Below the pieces are notes generated by a model, which was not told the origin of the DNA, made no database searches, and worked only from the letters and a program-made list of their open reading frames with translations. Positions 27,770 through 36,481 of a DNA stretch of 58,359 bases are shown piece after piece. Within the stretch, counting starts at the first letter, position 1. Each line of letters starts with the position of its first letter. Made by a program: the position numbers and the translations under genes. Source of the stretch: a virus (Duplodnaviria > Caudoviricetes); the IMG/VR virus record IMGVR_UViG_3300017991_000124, positions 1 through 58,359 of that record. One strand, 5' to 3'.

Positions 27770-28735
27770 TCAATCGCACTCCACCTCCATCCCGGGCAGT
27801 CCCAGCGACCCGTCGCCCACGATGGCAATGTCCCCCTGGTTGGGGAGTGCCGGATCTTGCGGTTTCACGATGTCGTACACCACCTCGGCCAGCGTCTCGA
27901 ACGTGCGGGCGTCGGTCATGTGGTAGACCCTCATCGCCGACACTTGCAGCCCGTAGATGTAGTAGGGCAGCGACCCCTTGGTGTCGGGGATCTCGCGGCG
28001 GAACCGCTGCTGCACCTGCAGGCCGCTGGGGTAACTGATCAATCCCCCGTCAAAGTCCACCCGGCTGGTGAGCAGCCCGGTGATCGCATCCAAGATGTAG
28101 AGCCCCTGCAGACGCCGCATGTGGTCGGACTCCGCTCGGTTGGACACCACCAACACCTGGAAGGTCTCGTGGTACATGGTCGCCGTGCCGGACACGCGGC
28201 GCTGGGTGGTCTGGTCCACCGCCGCCCCGTCGGCCGGTTCCGATCCCATCCAACTGATCAGGATCCCGGGGAACTCCTTGATGCCGCTGCGCACCATGTC
28301 CAGCGACGCCGCCGACGCGCGGAACTGCTCGTAGAGCACCATCGACTTGACGGCCGCCAGCCCGGTGGGCGCCGCCCCCCCGGAAAACCCGGTCTTGACC
28401 ACGCACGTGTCGATCCCGTCCAGCGGCGGGTCGATCAGCAGTTCGGTGCCGGCGATCAGGGTGTTGTGCGGCACGCCACCGATGTTGGCCACGCAGTCCA
28501 CGTCCACCCCGCCCGCCGTGATGGTCCACCCCGCCTGGTAGTCGTCGCTGGGCTTCGATTTCACCACAAGGTCCGGGCGGTACTGCCCGCCCAACCGAGG
28601 CACCAGGTAAGTCGCCGCCGGCAGTTCCACGTCGGCTCCGCTGGCGGTGATCGTCACCACTCCCGTGGCGCGGGTTCCGGTAACCGGCGACATGACCGCC
28701 ATGATGTCGCGGCCGGTATCGATGATCGTGCTCAT
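27770..28735 (-). CDS. Tail terminator/neck protein (Mu gp37-like) with N-terminal extension
   Basis: FPGILISWMG...LYILDAITGLL; synteny. Confidence 0.6.
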   Translation of the reverse strand: MSTIIDTGRDIMAVMSPVTGTRATGVVTITASGADVELPAATYLVPRLGGQYRPDLVVKSKPSDDYQAGWTITAGGVDVDCVANIGGVPHNTLIAGTELLIDPPLDGIDTCVVKTGFSGGAAPTGLAAVKSMVLYEQFRASAASLDMVRSGIKEFPGILISWMGSEPADGAAVDQTTQRRVSGTATMYHETFQVLVVSNRAESDHMRRLQGLYILDAITGLLTSRVDFDGGLISYPSGLQVQQRFRREIPDTKGSLPYYIYGLQVSAMRVYHMTDARTFETLAEVVYDIVKPQDPALPNQGDIAIVGDGSLGLPGMEVECD

Positions 28736-28738
28736 GCG

Positions 28739-29182
28739 TTACTCCACCGCCATCGCGGAGACGATCCGCGCGACGTCCTCCACCACCGCATCCAGGTCGA
28801 TGCCCAGCAGGTCGCGCTGCGGCATCCCGCGATCGCTGTGCACCCACCCGCGCACCTTGCTGGTCCCCGTGTGATGGAAGATCGCGTAGGGCGCGGGGCT
28901 GCGCACCATCGCCCAGTCGGGGCCGGTGGTGGTCTGGTAGGCGGACAGGACATTCGTGCGCCCCTGCAACAGTTTGCCACCCCGTCGGTACGGGTGTAGC
29001 ACCAGGGTCACGTCCGACAGCGCCTCCCACTGCCCGTTGCCCTCGCTGTCCAGCAGGTCACTCATCGCTGTTGAGATGCCCTCGCCCAGCACCTCCATCG
29101 GGATGTGCGCCACCCGGCCGCCAATGCGTTCCAGCTCGCGGACCAGCGCGCTGACGTCAACCTGGACCGAAGGACCCGGCAC
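28739..29182 (-). CDS. Virion morphogenesis/tail completion protein (Mu gpG/P2 gpS-like)
   Basis: GQWEALS, PYAIFHHTGT and MPQRDLLG motifs. Confidence 0.8.
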   Translation of the reverse strand: MPGPSVQVDVSALVRELERIGGRVAHIPMEVLGEGISTAMSDLLDSEGNGQWEALSDVTLVLHPYRRGGKLLQGRTNVLSAYQTTTGPDWAMVRSPAPYAIFHHTGTSKVRGWVHSDRGMPQRDLLGIDLDAVVEDVARIVSAMAVE

Positions 29183-29184
29183 CT

Positions 29185-29682
29185 CTAGTAGCCTCCATGG
29201 CCAGTGGGGGAGTTGTTGTCGGGGGCGAACACAAAGCGCGGGGTGTCCTCGTCGGTCTGCACGGGTTGGATCGCTCCACCCTGCTGTAGGTTGCCACCCG
29301 CCTCGGACTCTGCGCGGGACCGCCGGCGCCCCTTGCCCATCGCGATGAACGCTTCCTTGGCGCGCTCGTACTGCGCCCAGTAGTGCCCCTTGCCGTCGTC
29401 CCCCGTGAACTCCGGGCGCCGCTCCACCGCGAACTCCAGCGCCACCCACGCGCAGTGGCCGACGAAAATCTGGTCCTCGGCGGCCATGGCGATGATCCCG
29501 TCCACGCTGCTGAACGCATTGAGCAGGTACGAGTAGGCGAACGCCTCGGCCTCGTTCAGCACCTCGGCCACCTGGGTGCTCTCGTCCGCGATGCTGCCGT
29601 CCACGTCGTCGTCGAAATACTGCTGAACGCGGGCCTCGCCCACCTTGTTGTAGAGGTCTTGGAGCGTCAAGAAGTCGGCCAT
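29185..29682 (-). CDS. Head-tail connector (Mu gp36/DUF1320-like)
   Basis: FLTLQDL...VLNEAEAFAYSYL...QYERAKEAF. Confidence 0.75.
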   Translation of the reverse strand: MADFLTLQDLYNKVGEARVQQYFDDDVDGSIADESTQVAEVLNEAEAFAYSYLLNAFSSVDGIIAMAAEDQIFVGHCAWVALEFAVERRPEFTGDDGKGHYWAQYERAKEAFIAMGKGRRRSRAESEAGGNLQQGGAIQPVQTDEDTPRFVFAPDNNSPTGHGGY

Positions 29683-29700
29683 GATCCACTCCGTTCCCGG

Positions 29701-30231
29701 TTACACCGGTTCGATGGCGTTCTGCGCCAGCAGGTGCGCGATCTGCTCAGGCGTTGCGTCCTCGGGCAGCAAATTGCCCCGGTCGATCGGTTGCCCGTTC
29801 AGCGTGATGCCGCAGATCAACCGGTAGCGGACCACCGGCTGGTCGAACGGATCGGGGGGCGGATCGGCCACCGGGGCGGCCGGCACGGGCGTCGGTGGCG
29901 CGGGGGCAGCCGGGGGGATCGGTCCGGGATCGGGATCCGCATCCTCCACCGGGATCGGCGCAATCGTCACCTCGTCGTCCTCGGTGCCCAGCGCACCGTC
30001 GTCGCCCGGGTCCACCGTGGCCCGCATGATCCCCACGTCCACCGTCAGCGGTTCGTCGGCCGCCGTGGTCCCGTCCTCGGGCGCATCCGGCTGGACCGCC
30101 TCCGGGACAGGATCCGCCACGGGTTCGGGCTGCTCGGCCAGAATGCGTTCCATCTGCGCCTTGTTCCAACGTTTGGAGACTGCGACGCCCCGCGCTTCCA
30201 ACGCTTCGATCAGTTCCTTGCGGGTTGGCAT
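29701..30231 (-). CDS. Hypothetical protein with HeH-like N-terminus and Pro/Asp linker
   Basis: TRKELIEALEARGV...NKAQM; GAGGAGG SD; TTGTCG-N17-TATCGT upstream. Confidence 0.6.
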   Translation of the reverse strand: MPTRKELIEALEARGVAVSKRWNKAQMERILAEQPEPVADPVPEAVQPDAPEDGTTAADEPLTVDVGIMRATVDPGDDGALGTEDDEVTIAPIPVEDADPDPGPIPPAAPAPPTPVPAAPVADPPPDPFDQPVVRYRLICGITLNGQPIDRGNLLPEDATPEQIAHLLAQNAIEPV

Positions 30232-30345
30232 GGGTTCCTCCTCGGGGTTGCTGCTGACCCTACGATAGCAGATCGCCAGAAACGCGACAATCGCGGTGCG
30301 GTCAGAATGGTAAGACGGTCTGGTGCGGCGGTACGCCGCTACAGG

Positions 30346-31389
30346 CTAGGTGTAGATGCCGGTGATGATGCCGCCGGCATAGGTCGAGACGAACTTGTGG
30401 TTGGAGGCCTCGGACACCACCACCATGTTGCCGCCCCTCGGCCCGCGTCCGTTGACGAACCACTCGCGCGTCTCCCAGCCGGTTCCGTTCGCGCCCTTGC
30501 GCCGGAACGTCGCGGCCGACATGATCTCCATCCCGTCGGTCGGCGGGGTGGGCGGACCGCTGATGAGCACGACCACCGCGCCCAGGCAGTAGGTCATGGT
30601 GCCGCTCGACAGGTACCGGCTCTTGATCACGTGGAACGGCGGCAGGCCCGGGATCTGGAAGTCGGTGATCACCCCGCCCTGGCCGATCGGCGGCGGGTTG
30701 TCCCCGTAGAACTGGCGCATGTGGTCCTTCGTCTGCGGGTGCCGCAGGAAGATGTGCGCCGCCTTCTCGTTCAGCCAGAGGCCGGTGACCTCTTGGTACG
30801 ACTTCTCGATCGCCGTCATCACGTCGGTGACCGGCGTCCCCAGGGTCTCGTCGGTCCACACGTTGCCGGCCGCCGTGCGCACCGCCGCGTTCCAGTTGGT
30901 GTTGGTGCCCAGCAGCGTCGTGATGTCGATCTCCATGTCCAGGTAGATCGCATCCGCGCAGCGGGCCGCGGTCCGCGTCCGCACGCCGTAGGTCGCCTGC
31001 TCCTCGGTCACCGTGGGGATGAACCCGCCGATGAACCGGTCGACCACCGTGTAGTCGTCCAGCGAGCTGGTAGCGTCGATCTCGGGCGGCGCGCTCTGGA
31101 TCGAGGCCTTGACCTCGACGTGCTCGAACGCGTTGTCCGAGGAGAACACCCGGAACTTGTCCGTGTCCTTGTCCACCGGCACCACCGGGCACATCTCCGT
31201 GCCGCGGTACTTGAACGGCTTGTAGCCGAACAGGTACTCGGGGAGCTCGGACGGGTCGTGGACGTCCGAGGGGGTGAGCGTCAGGGTCACGCGCTGGTCG
31301 CCGACCATCGCCTCGACCTCGCCGCCGTGGAAGTTGCGCCCCATGCCGCTCAGGAATCGGACGGGCTCGTTCATATTGAGTTGCGTCAT
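30346..31389 (-). CDS. Major capsid protein
   Basis: 347 aa after protease and decoration genes; CPVVPVDK motif; C-terminal AGGIITG; AAGGAGG SD. Confidence 0.85.
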   Translation of the reverse strand: MTQLNMNEPVRFLSGMGRNFHGGEVEAMVGDQRVTLTLTPSDVHDPSELPEYLFGYKPFKYRGTEMCPVVPVDKDTDKFRVFSSDNAFEHVEVKASIQSAPPEIDATSSLDDYTVVDRFIGGFIPTVTEEQATYGVRTRTAARCADAIYLDMEIDITTLLGTNTNWNAAVRTAAGNVWTDETLGTPVTDVMTAIEKSYQEVTGLWLNEKAAHIFLRHPQTKDHMRQFYGDNPPPIGQGGVITDFQIPGLPPFHVIKSRYLSSGTMTYCLGAVVVLISGPPTPPTDGMEIMSAATFRRKGANGTGWETREWFVNGRGPRGGNMVVVSEASNHKFVSTYAGGIITGIYT

Positions 31390-31399
31390 GGCGTCCTCC

Positions 31400-31801
31400 T
31401 TACGGCATCGCGGCGCCGCAACCGGCACCGAGCTCGACTTCCATGTAGGCCGACGCGGCGCCGACCGTGACGGCGGTCCCCACGATGGAGTTGCCGCTGG
31501 TCGCCTTGAGCGCCTTGGCGCCCGTGGTCGGCATCACCTGCTCGCCCTCGGCGATGGTGCCCCCGGCCAGCACGATGGCGCGCCCTGCGATCTGGCAGTC
31601 GCCCCGGCTGGCGTCGGCGATGTCGTTCACCAGCACGCCGTACACGTTGTCCGTGTTGCCGGCGGCGGCCTCGATCTCGCCCTTGTAGGTCGCGCTCGCC
31701 TTGAGCTTGACGAAGGTCCCCTTCGACAACGTGCCGCCGGTCCCGTTGTACACCTGGCGCACGCCCTTCTCGGGAACGATTGCGGTAAGCACTGCGGTCA
31801 T
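31400..31801 (-). CDS. Capsid decoration/cement protein (DUF2190-like)
   Basis: VLAGGTIAEGEQV...VGTAVT; between scaffold and MCP. Confidence 0.75.
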   Translation of the reverse strand: MTAVLTAIVPEKGVRQVYNGTGGTLSKGTFVKLKASATYKGEIEAAAGNTDNVYGVLVNDIADASRGDCQIAGRAIVLAGGTIAEGEQVMPTTGAKALKATSGNSIVGTAVTVGAASAYMEVELGAGCGAAMP

Positions 31802-31838
31802 TTCGTTCTCCTTTGTAGCTGGCGTTCAGCCAGACGTG

Positions 31839-33881
31839 TTACTCGATCACCTGGTTGGTGCGGAGCAGCTCGTAGGCGCGCCGCCCCAACTCCTTCTCGT
31901 CGAACTTGTCCGCCCCGTCCACCGTGGCCGCGATGAACTGCTTGGCCCGGTGGGTGAGGTTGCGGCCCTCGTAGGCCCGGAGGTCGATGACCTTCGGCCC
32001 GTCGGGCTCGCCGTCGCCCTCCTTCTTCTTGGGCTTGGCCAGGAGCGGGGCCACGAGCCGCTGCTGCTTGGGGTCCAGCGGCGGGTACTGCTTGGCGAAC
32101 TCCTCGGGCTGCTGCGTGCGGAACAGCAGCAGCGCCGCCTTCGTGTCCTCGGGCAGCCCCCGGGACGCGATCACGGCCTCGACGTCGGCCTCGGCCATCG
32201 CCTTGTCGCGCTCCTCGGCCTCCTTGGCCAGCGCCTCGTACTTGGGCTTGAGGTCGGCCAGTTCCTTCGAGGCGGTCACGAGCTCGGCCACCTTGGCCAC
32301 GGTGGCCTTGTGGTCGGCGGTGCCCAGGGCCTCGCGCACCTGCGTCAGGTGCACGGTGTCCTCCTGCACCCGCTTGGCGCGGGCCAGGATCTCGTCGTTG
32401 CTGTCGCGCTCGAGACCCAACGCCTGGGACACGCCGCCGCGCAGTTCGATCGCCTCGTCGACCGCGTCGAGCACCGCATCCTCGGCGTCCCGCACGCGCA
32501 GGCGCTTCGCAAGGTCGCTCAAAATCGTCATCTCTTCCTCCTCATGTTTGCGATTGGCCGCCGTGGCCGAGTTCGTTCCGAACGTGTCGCTGGTCCCCGC
32601 GAAGGGCCAGTATCCGTTTTCCATTACCGCCGGTTCCGGTTTTGCCAACTCCGGCGGGGCGGCCTGCCCCGCCTGTGCCGCGCGCTCCTCGAGCACCCGC
32701 GCCGCGATGGACGCCGCGCTCCGCAGCACCTCGGTGGCGCTGATGAGTGCGCTCAGTTTCAGGATCTGCCGCAGGGCCCCGATGATGGCGTCCATGTCGA
32801 TCCCCGGGGGGGTGGTGCCGGTGTCCATCCACTGCGCGCATTGCGCCAAACTGCTCTGTACCACTCCGAGGTCGGTCAGCATCGGCAGCCCGAACAGATC
32901 CTTCATGGCCTCCACCGCCTCGGTCGCGGTTTCGGCCTCGCCGTAGTAGTGCATCCGTGACGCCACCAGTTTGTTCATGCCCTCGATGAACGGATCGTTG
33001 GTCATGGCGATGCTCAACACCCGGGCGCCGACGCGCTCGCCGGACTCCCCGTCGATGGCGTTGAGATCCATCGACACCGATGCGCCCTGGTAGCGTCCCT
33101 CTTTGATGTAGGTCGCCGCCGGCTCCAGCCACCGGGTCAGCGCCCAGAGTTCGTCGCGGCCGTCCGCTCCGGTGCGGATCTCCATGTCGCGCGTCCACCC
33201 CTGCGCCGGCGCGCCGTCGGCGGCAATCGCCCCGGCCGGCATCGCGCTGGCGTGCTCGAAATCCCACGGGATGACGTCGGCGGTTCCCACCCCGTCGGCC
33301 CCGGCTTGGAAGCTCGGGTGCGCGTGCAGGTTGCGGATCGCCTGCTCAAAGGTGACCCGGGTGAATCGGAACGGCAAGTCGCCGCCCTTGTAGCCCAGGT
33401 AGTCACCGGCGCGGGCCACCTGCACCCACACCACCCGTTCGTCCCCGGTTGCCTCGGTGGCCAGTTTGACCACCTGTCCGCGCGCCGCGCGCGCCTGCGC
33501 CTTGCTCGCCTTGTACTTGGGCAACTGGTCCTCCTCGATCCCGGCCTTTTTCAGGTACCGGATGGCGTTGTCGTATGCCGCCTGCCGCACGGCGTCGGGC
33601 ACCGCGAGCGGCGCGCGCGACCCGTTGATCGCTCCGATCGCCTGGCTGATCTGCGCCTGCACCGCCTTCAGCGTCCCGTCGAACATCCGCGCGATCGGCA
33701 GCTTGTAGCCGGCCTTGACCTCAGCGTTGTCGGGATCGTGGATCAGGTGCGCCTTGCGGTAGCGCGCCCAGTCGTCCTCGCCGAGCACTGCGTTCATCAG
33801 GGCCGGCGCACCCTCCCCGTCGGGATCCCAGGCGTCATCCGTGACGGGGAGGTTGGCGAACGGTGTGGCTTCCCAGGACAT
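31839..33881 (-). CDS. Mu-like prohead protease/scaffold; probable nested scaffold start at 32531
   Basis: IPWDFEH, APAQGW, IKEGRYQGAS and AMTNDPFI motifs; internal GAGGAGGAAGAG-ATG. Confidence 0.85.
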   Translation of the reverse strand: MSWEATPFANLPVTDDAWDPDGEGAPALMNAVLGEDDWARYRKAHLIHDPDNAEVKAGYKLPIARMFDGTLKAVQAQISQAIGAINGSRAPLAVPDAVRQAAYDNAIRYLKKAGIEEDQLPKYKASKAQARAARGQVVKLATEATGDERVVWVQVARAGDYLGYKGGDLPFRFTRVTFEQAIRNLHAHPSFQAGADGVGTADVIPWDFEHASAMPAGAIAADGAPAQGWTRDMEIRTGADGRDELWALTRWLEPAATYIKEGRYQGASVSMDLNAIDGESGERVGARVLSIAMTNDPFIEGMNKLVASRMHYYGEAETATEAVEAMKDLFGLPMLTDLGVVQSSLAQCAQWMDTGTTPPGIDMDAIIGALRQILKLSALISATEVLRSAASIAARVLEERAAQAGQAAPPELAKPEPAVMENGYWPFAGTSDTFGTNSATAANRKHEEEEMTILSDLAKRLRVRDAEDAVLDAVDEAIELRGGVSQALGLERDSNDEILARAKRVQEDTVHLTQVREALGTADHKATVAKVAELVTASKELADLKPKYEALAKEAEERDKAMAEADVEAVIASRGLPEDTKAALLLFRTQQPEEFAKQYPPLDPKQQRLVAPLLAKPKKKEGDGEPDGPKVIDLRAYEGRNLTHRAKQFIAATVDGADKFDEKELGRRAYELLRTNQVIE

Positions 33882-33885
33882 CGGA

Positions 33886-36084
33886 TTAGGCGCTCCAGGT
33901 GGCCGAGTCGCTCTGGCAGTCGACCACCACGCACCCGGCCGCCGCCGAGGCGAACCCGCCCCGGGTCGTGGAGGCCGAGAAGTAGTTGGTCTCGTCGGCC
34001 GCGTTGCTCAACGCGCCCTCGTACAGCCCCGTGGCGTCGGTGGTGACGATGGCCGAAGCCGCGCCGCTGCCGACCACCAGCGTGCCAGTGGAGGCCGCAC
34101 CGAACTGGCAGGTGCCCGCCGCGTCCAGGTCGCCCGCGAGGTCGGTGTCGGAGATGTCCAGCCGCAGTTGCACCGCGCGCCCGATGGCGTTGCCGGCCAG
34201 GTCGTTAACCTGCACCGAGATGGTGCCGGCCGTCGCGCCGCCCGATCCGCCGGTTGCGGTGATGACCACCTGCACCAGCCGGTGGTTGATGATGTCGCCG
34301 CCCCCGTCCATGTCGATGTCCCCGGTGCCCAGGAACTCGAACGTGGTGTTGTTGGTCACGTTGCCGAAGGCCAAGGCCACGGTGTTGTCCGCGCCGATGG
34401 CGATCGACCCGTCGGTCCCCGCGCCACCGCCGCCGCTGGCACCGCCCGCACCCGCGTTGATCGTGACGTCGCCACCGTCGCCGCCGGCCGCTCCCGCGGA
34501 TCCGGCACCACCCGCGCCACCGGTCACCGTGGCGTCGGCACCGTCGCCGCCCGCCACCGCCGTGTGCGCCGCGCCGCCCGCACCACCAGCCAACCCGGCC
34601 GCCGCTCCGTTGGCCGCCGCGTCGGTACCGTCGGATGCACCGCCGTCACCACCTTCCAGCAGCAACGCACCGCCGGCCGCCGCCGCCGAACCGGCTCCCG
34701 CCGCCGCACCCGCGCCACCGATGATGGTGACCGTCGCGCCCGCCGTGGTCGATCCGGCCGCGTCCGCCGCCGGCTGGATGAGTTGGTTGCCCAGCCCGTT
34801 GACCGTGAGGATCGGGATCGTGACCGTGCCCGTGCCCAAGAACGTGGTGCCGGGGTTGTCGGTCGCGTTGCCGATCTGGATCGCCCCGGTGTTCGCCGCG
34901 CCGATGGTCACGTTGCCGTCCGCACCGGGACCGGCACCGCCGTCGGCACCACCCGCGCCGGCATTCAGCACAGCGTCGCCGCCCGCGCCACCCAGCGCAC
35001 CGACCGAGCCCGCGCCGCCGTTGCCGCCGAGCACCCGCACCACCGCGCCGTCGCCGCCCACGACCGCCGTGTTGGCGGCACCACCGGCGCCACCCGCGAT
35101 CGTCATCGCCCCGCCGAGCCCCGCCGCGTCGGTGCCGTCCGACGCACCGCCCACGCCGCCGGTGAACGACGCCGCGCCACCGTTGGCACCCGCGACCGCG
35201 CCGCCCGCTGCCGAACCTGCGCCGCAGGTCAGCGTAATGTTCGCACCCACCGTGCCGCCGCCGCCGGCCTGCGCCGAGGGCGTGATGGCCTGGTTGCCGA
35301 GGCCGTTCACCAGCAGGTTGGGCATGGTGACCAGGCCCGTGCCGAGGAAGGTCGTCGCCGGGTTGTCCGTGGCGTTCGCGATCTGGATGGCCGCCGTGTT
35401 GGCCGAACCGATCTGGACCGTGCCGTCGGTACCGCCACCGCCACCGCCGTCCGCACCGCCGGCTCCCGCGTTCAGCAGCGCGTTCCCACCGTCGCCACCC
35501 GCGGCGCCAGCCGAACCCGCACCACCGGCACCACCGGCGAGCGTGGCCGCCGCGCCGTTCGCACCCGCGATCGCGCCGCTGGCCGCACCACCAGCGCCCG
35601 CCGTCAGGCTGGCCGCACCGCCGTTGGCGGCGGCATCCGTGCCGTCGCTCGCTCCACCAGCGCCCGCCGCCATGGTGAGCGCGCCACCGGCCGCACCGGC
35701 CGTGCCGCCGCTGGCCGCCGCGCCGGCGCCCGCCGTGATCGGGATCTGCGTGCCGGCGGTCCCGCTGCCCGCGGTTTGCGCCGCCGGGGTCAGGTCGCCC
35801 TGCACCACGTCCCACCCGGTACCGTTCCACGTCAGACGCTCGCCCGGCAGGAACGACTGCCCGGTGTTGGTCTTGGTTGCGTCGTTGTCGGTAACCGCTG
35901 CGGTGGCCATGTAGGTATCACCGGTGCCGACCGCCGCGCTAGTCGGGAAGTCGCTGTTGACCGCGACCCCCCCCTTGTAGTCCATCGGCCCGGTCAACCC
36001 GATCTGCGCAGCCGTCACGCTGTGCGGATTGCTGACGTTGACCATGTGGGCGACCATCTGGCGGATTCGGTGGTAAAAGGCCAT
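33886..36084 (-). CDS. Gly/Ala-rich repetitive virion protein (possible head fibre)
   Basis: Three long repeats ending in NxTxNxxxxFLGTG; SNPHSVTAAQIGL N-terminal motif. Confidence 0.7.
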   Translation of the reverse strand: MAFYHRIRQMVAHMVNVSNPHSVTAAQIGLTGPMDYKGGVAVNSDFPTSAAVGTGDTYMATAAVTDNDATKTNTGQSFLPGERLTWNGTGWDVVQGDLTPAAQTAGSGTAGTQIPITAGAGAAASGGTAGAAGGALTMAAGAGGASDGTDAAANGGAASLTAGAGGAASGAIAGANGAAATLAGGAGGAGSAGAAGGDGGNALLNAGAGGADGGGGGGTDGTVQIGSANTAAIQIANATDNPATTFLGTGLVTMPNLLVNGLGNQAITPSAQAGGGGTVGANITLTCGAGSAAGGAVAGANGGAASFTGGVGGASDGTDAAGLGGAMTIAGGAGGAANTAVVGGDGAVVRVLGGNGGAGSVGALGGAGGDAVLNAGAGGADGGAGPGADGNVTIGAANTGAIQIGNATDNPGTTFLGTGTVTIPILTVNGLGNQLIQPAADAAGSTTAGATVTIIGGAGAAAGAGSAAAAGGALLLEGGDGGASDGTDAAANGAAAGLAGGAGGAAHTAVAGGDGADATVTGGAGGAGSAGAAGGDGGDVTINAGAGGASGGGGAGTDGSIAIGADNTVALAFGNVTNNTTFEFLGTGDIDMDGGGDIINHRLVQVVITATGGSGGATAGTISVQVNDLAGNAIGRAVQLRLDISDTDLAGDLDAAGTCQFGAASTGTLVVGSGAASAIVTTDATGLYEGALSNAADETNYFSASTTRGGFASAAAGCVVVDCQSDSATWSA

Positions 36085-36292
36085 CGCGTACCCCTTTCGT
36101 CAGGATACGACCGGGCGCCGATCGGGCGCCGAGTCGATGTTGTGCCAACGGATTTTGTTGACGTGTTGCATCGCCTCTATATTGGCGCGAGCAACCAGAT
36201 CGCGGAATGGCCAGCCTATATGGCTATTTGATTGTGCCATGCTCCTCGCCGGATATAATGGGGGGCAGGCGGACACACCACTGAGGATAAAA

Positions 36293-36481
36293 ATGGCCTT
36301 CGAAAAACGACCGGTGAGGGACGAGATGATCCGATTCCTGGTGACCCCCGAGGAGCGGGAGATCATCCAAGCGGCGGCCGAACAGGACGGGATCACCGTG
36401 TCGGAATATATCCGGGCGACCCTTCAGCGTGCGATGGCGCACACCGCAAAATCAGAGCGCCGACCGAAATCTAATCGCTAG
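36293..36481 (+). CDS. Ribbon-helix-helix regulator (DUF1778/MobC-like)
   Basis: IRFLVTPEEREIIQAAAEQDGITVSEYIR; GAGGA SD; TATAAT at 36254. Confidence 0.75.
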   Translation: MAFEKRPVRDEMIRFLVTPEEREIIQAAAEQDGITVSEYIRATLQRAMAHTAKSERRPKSNR

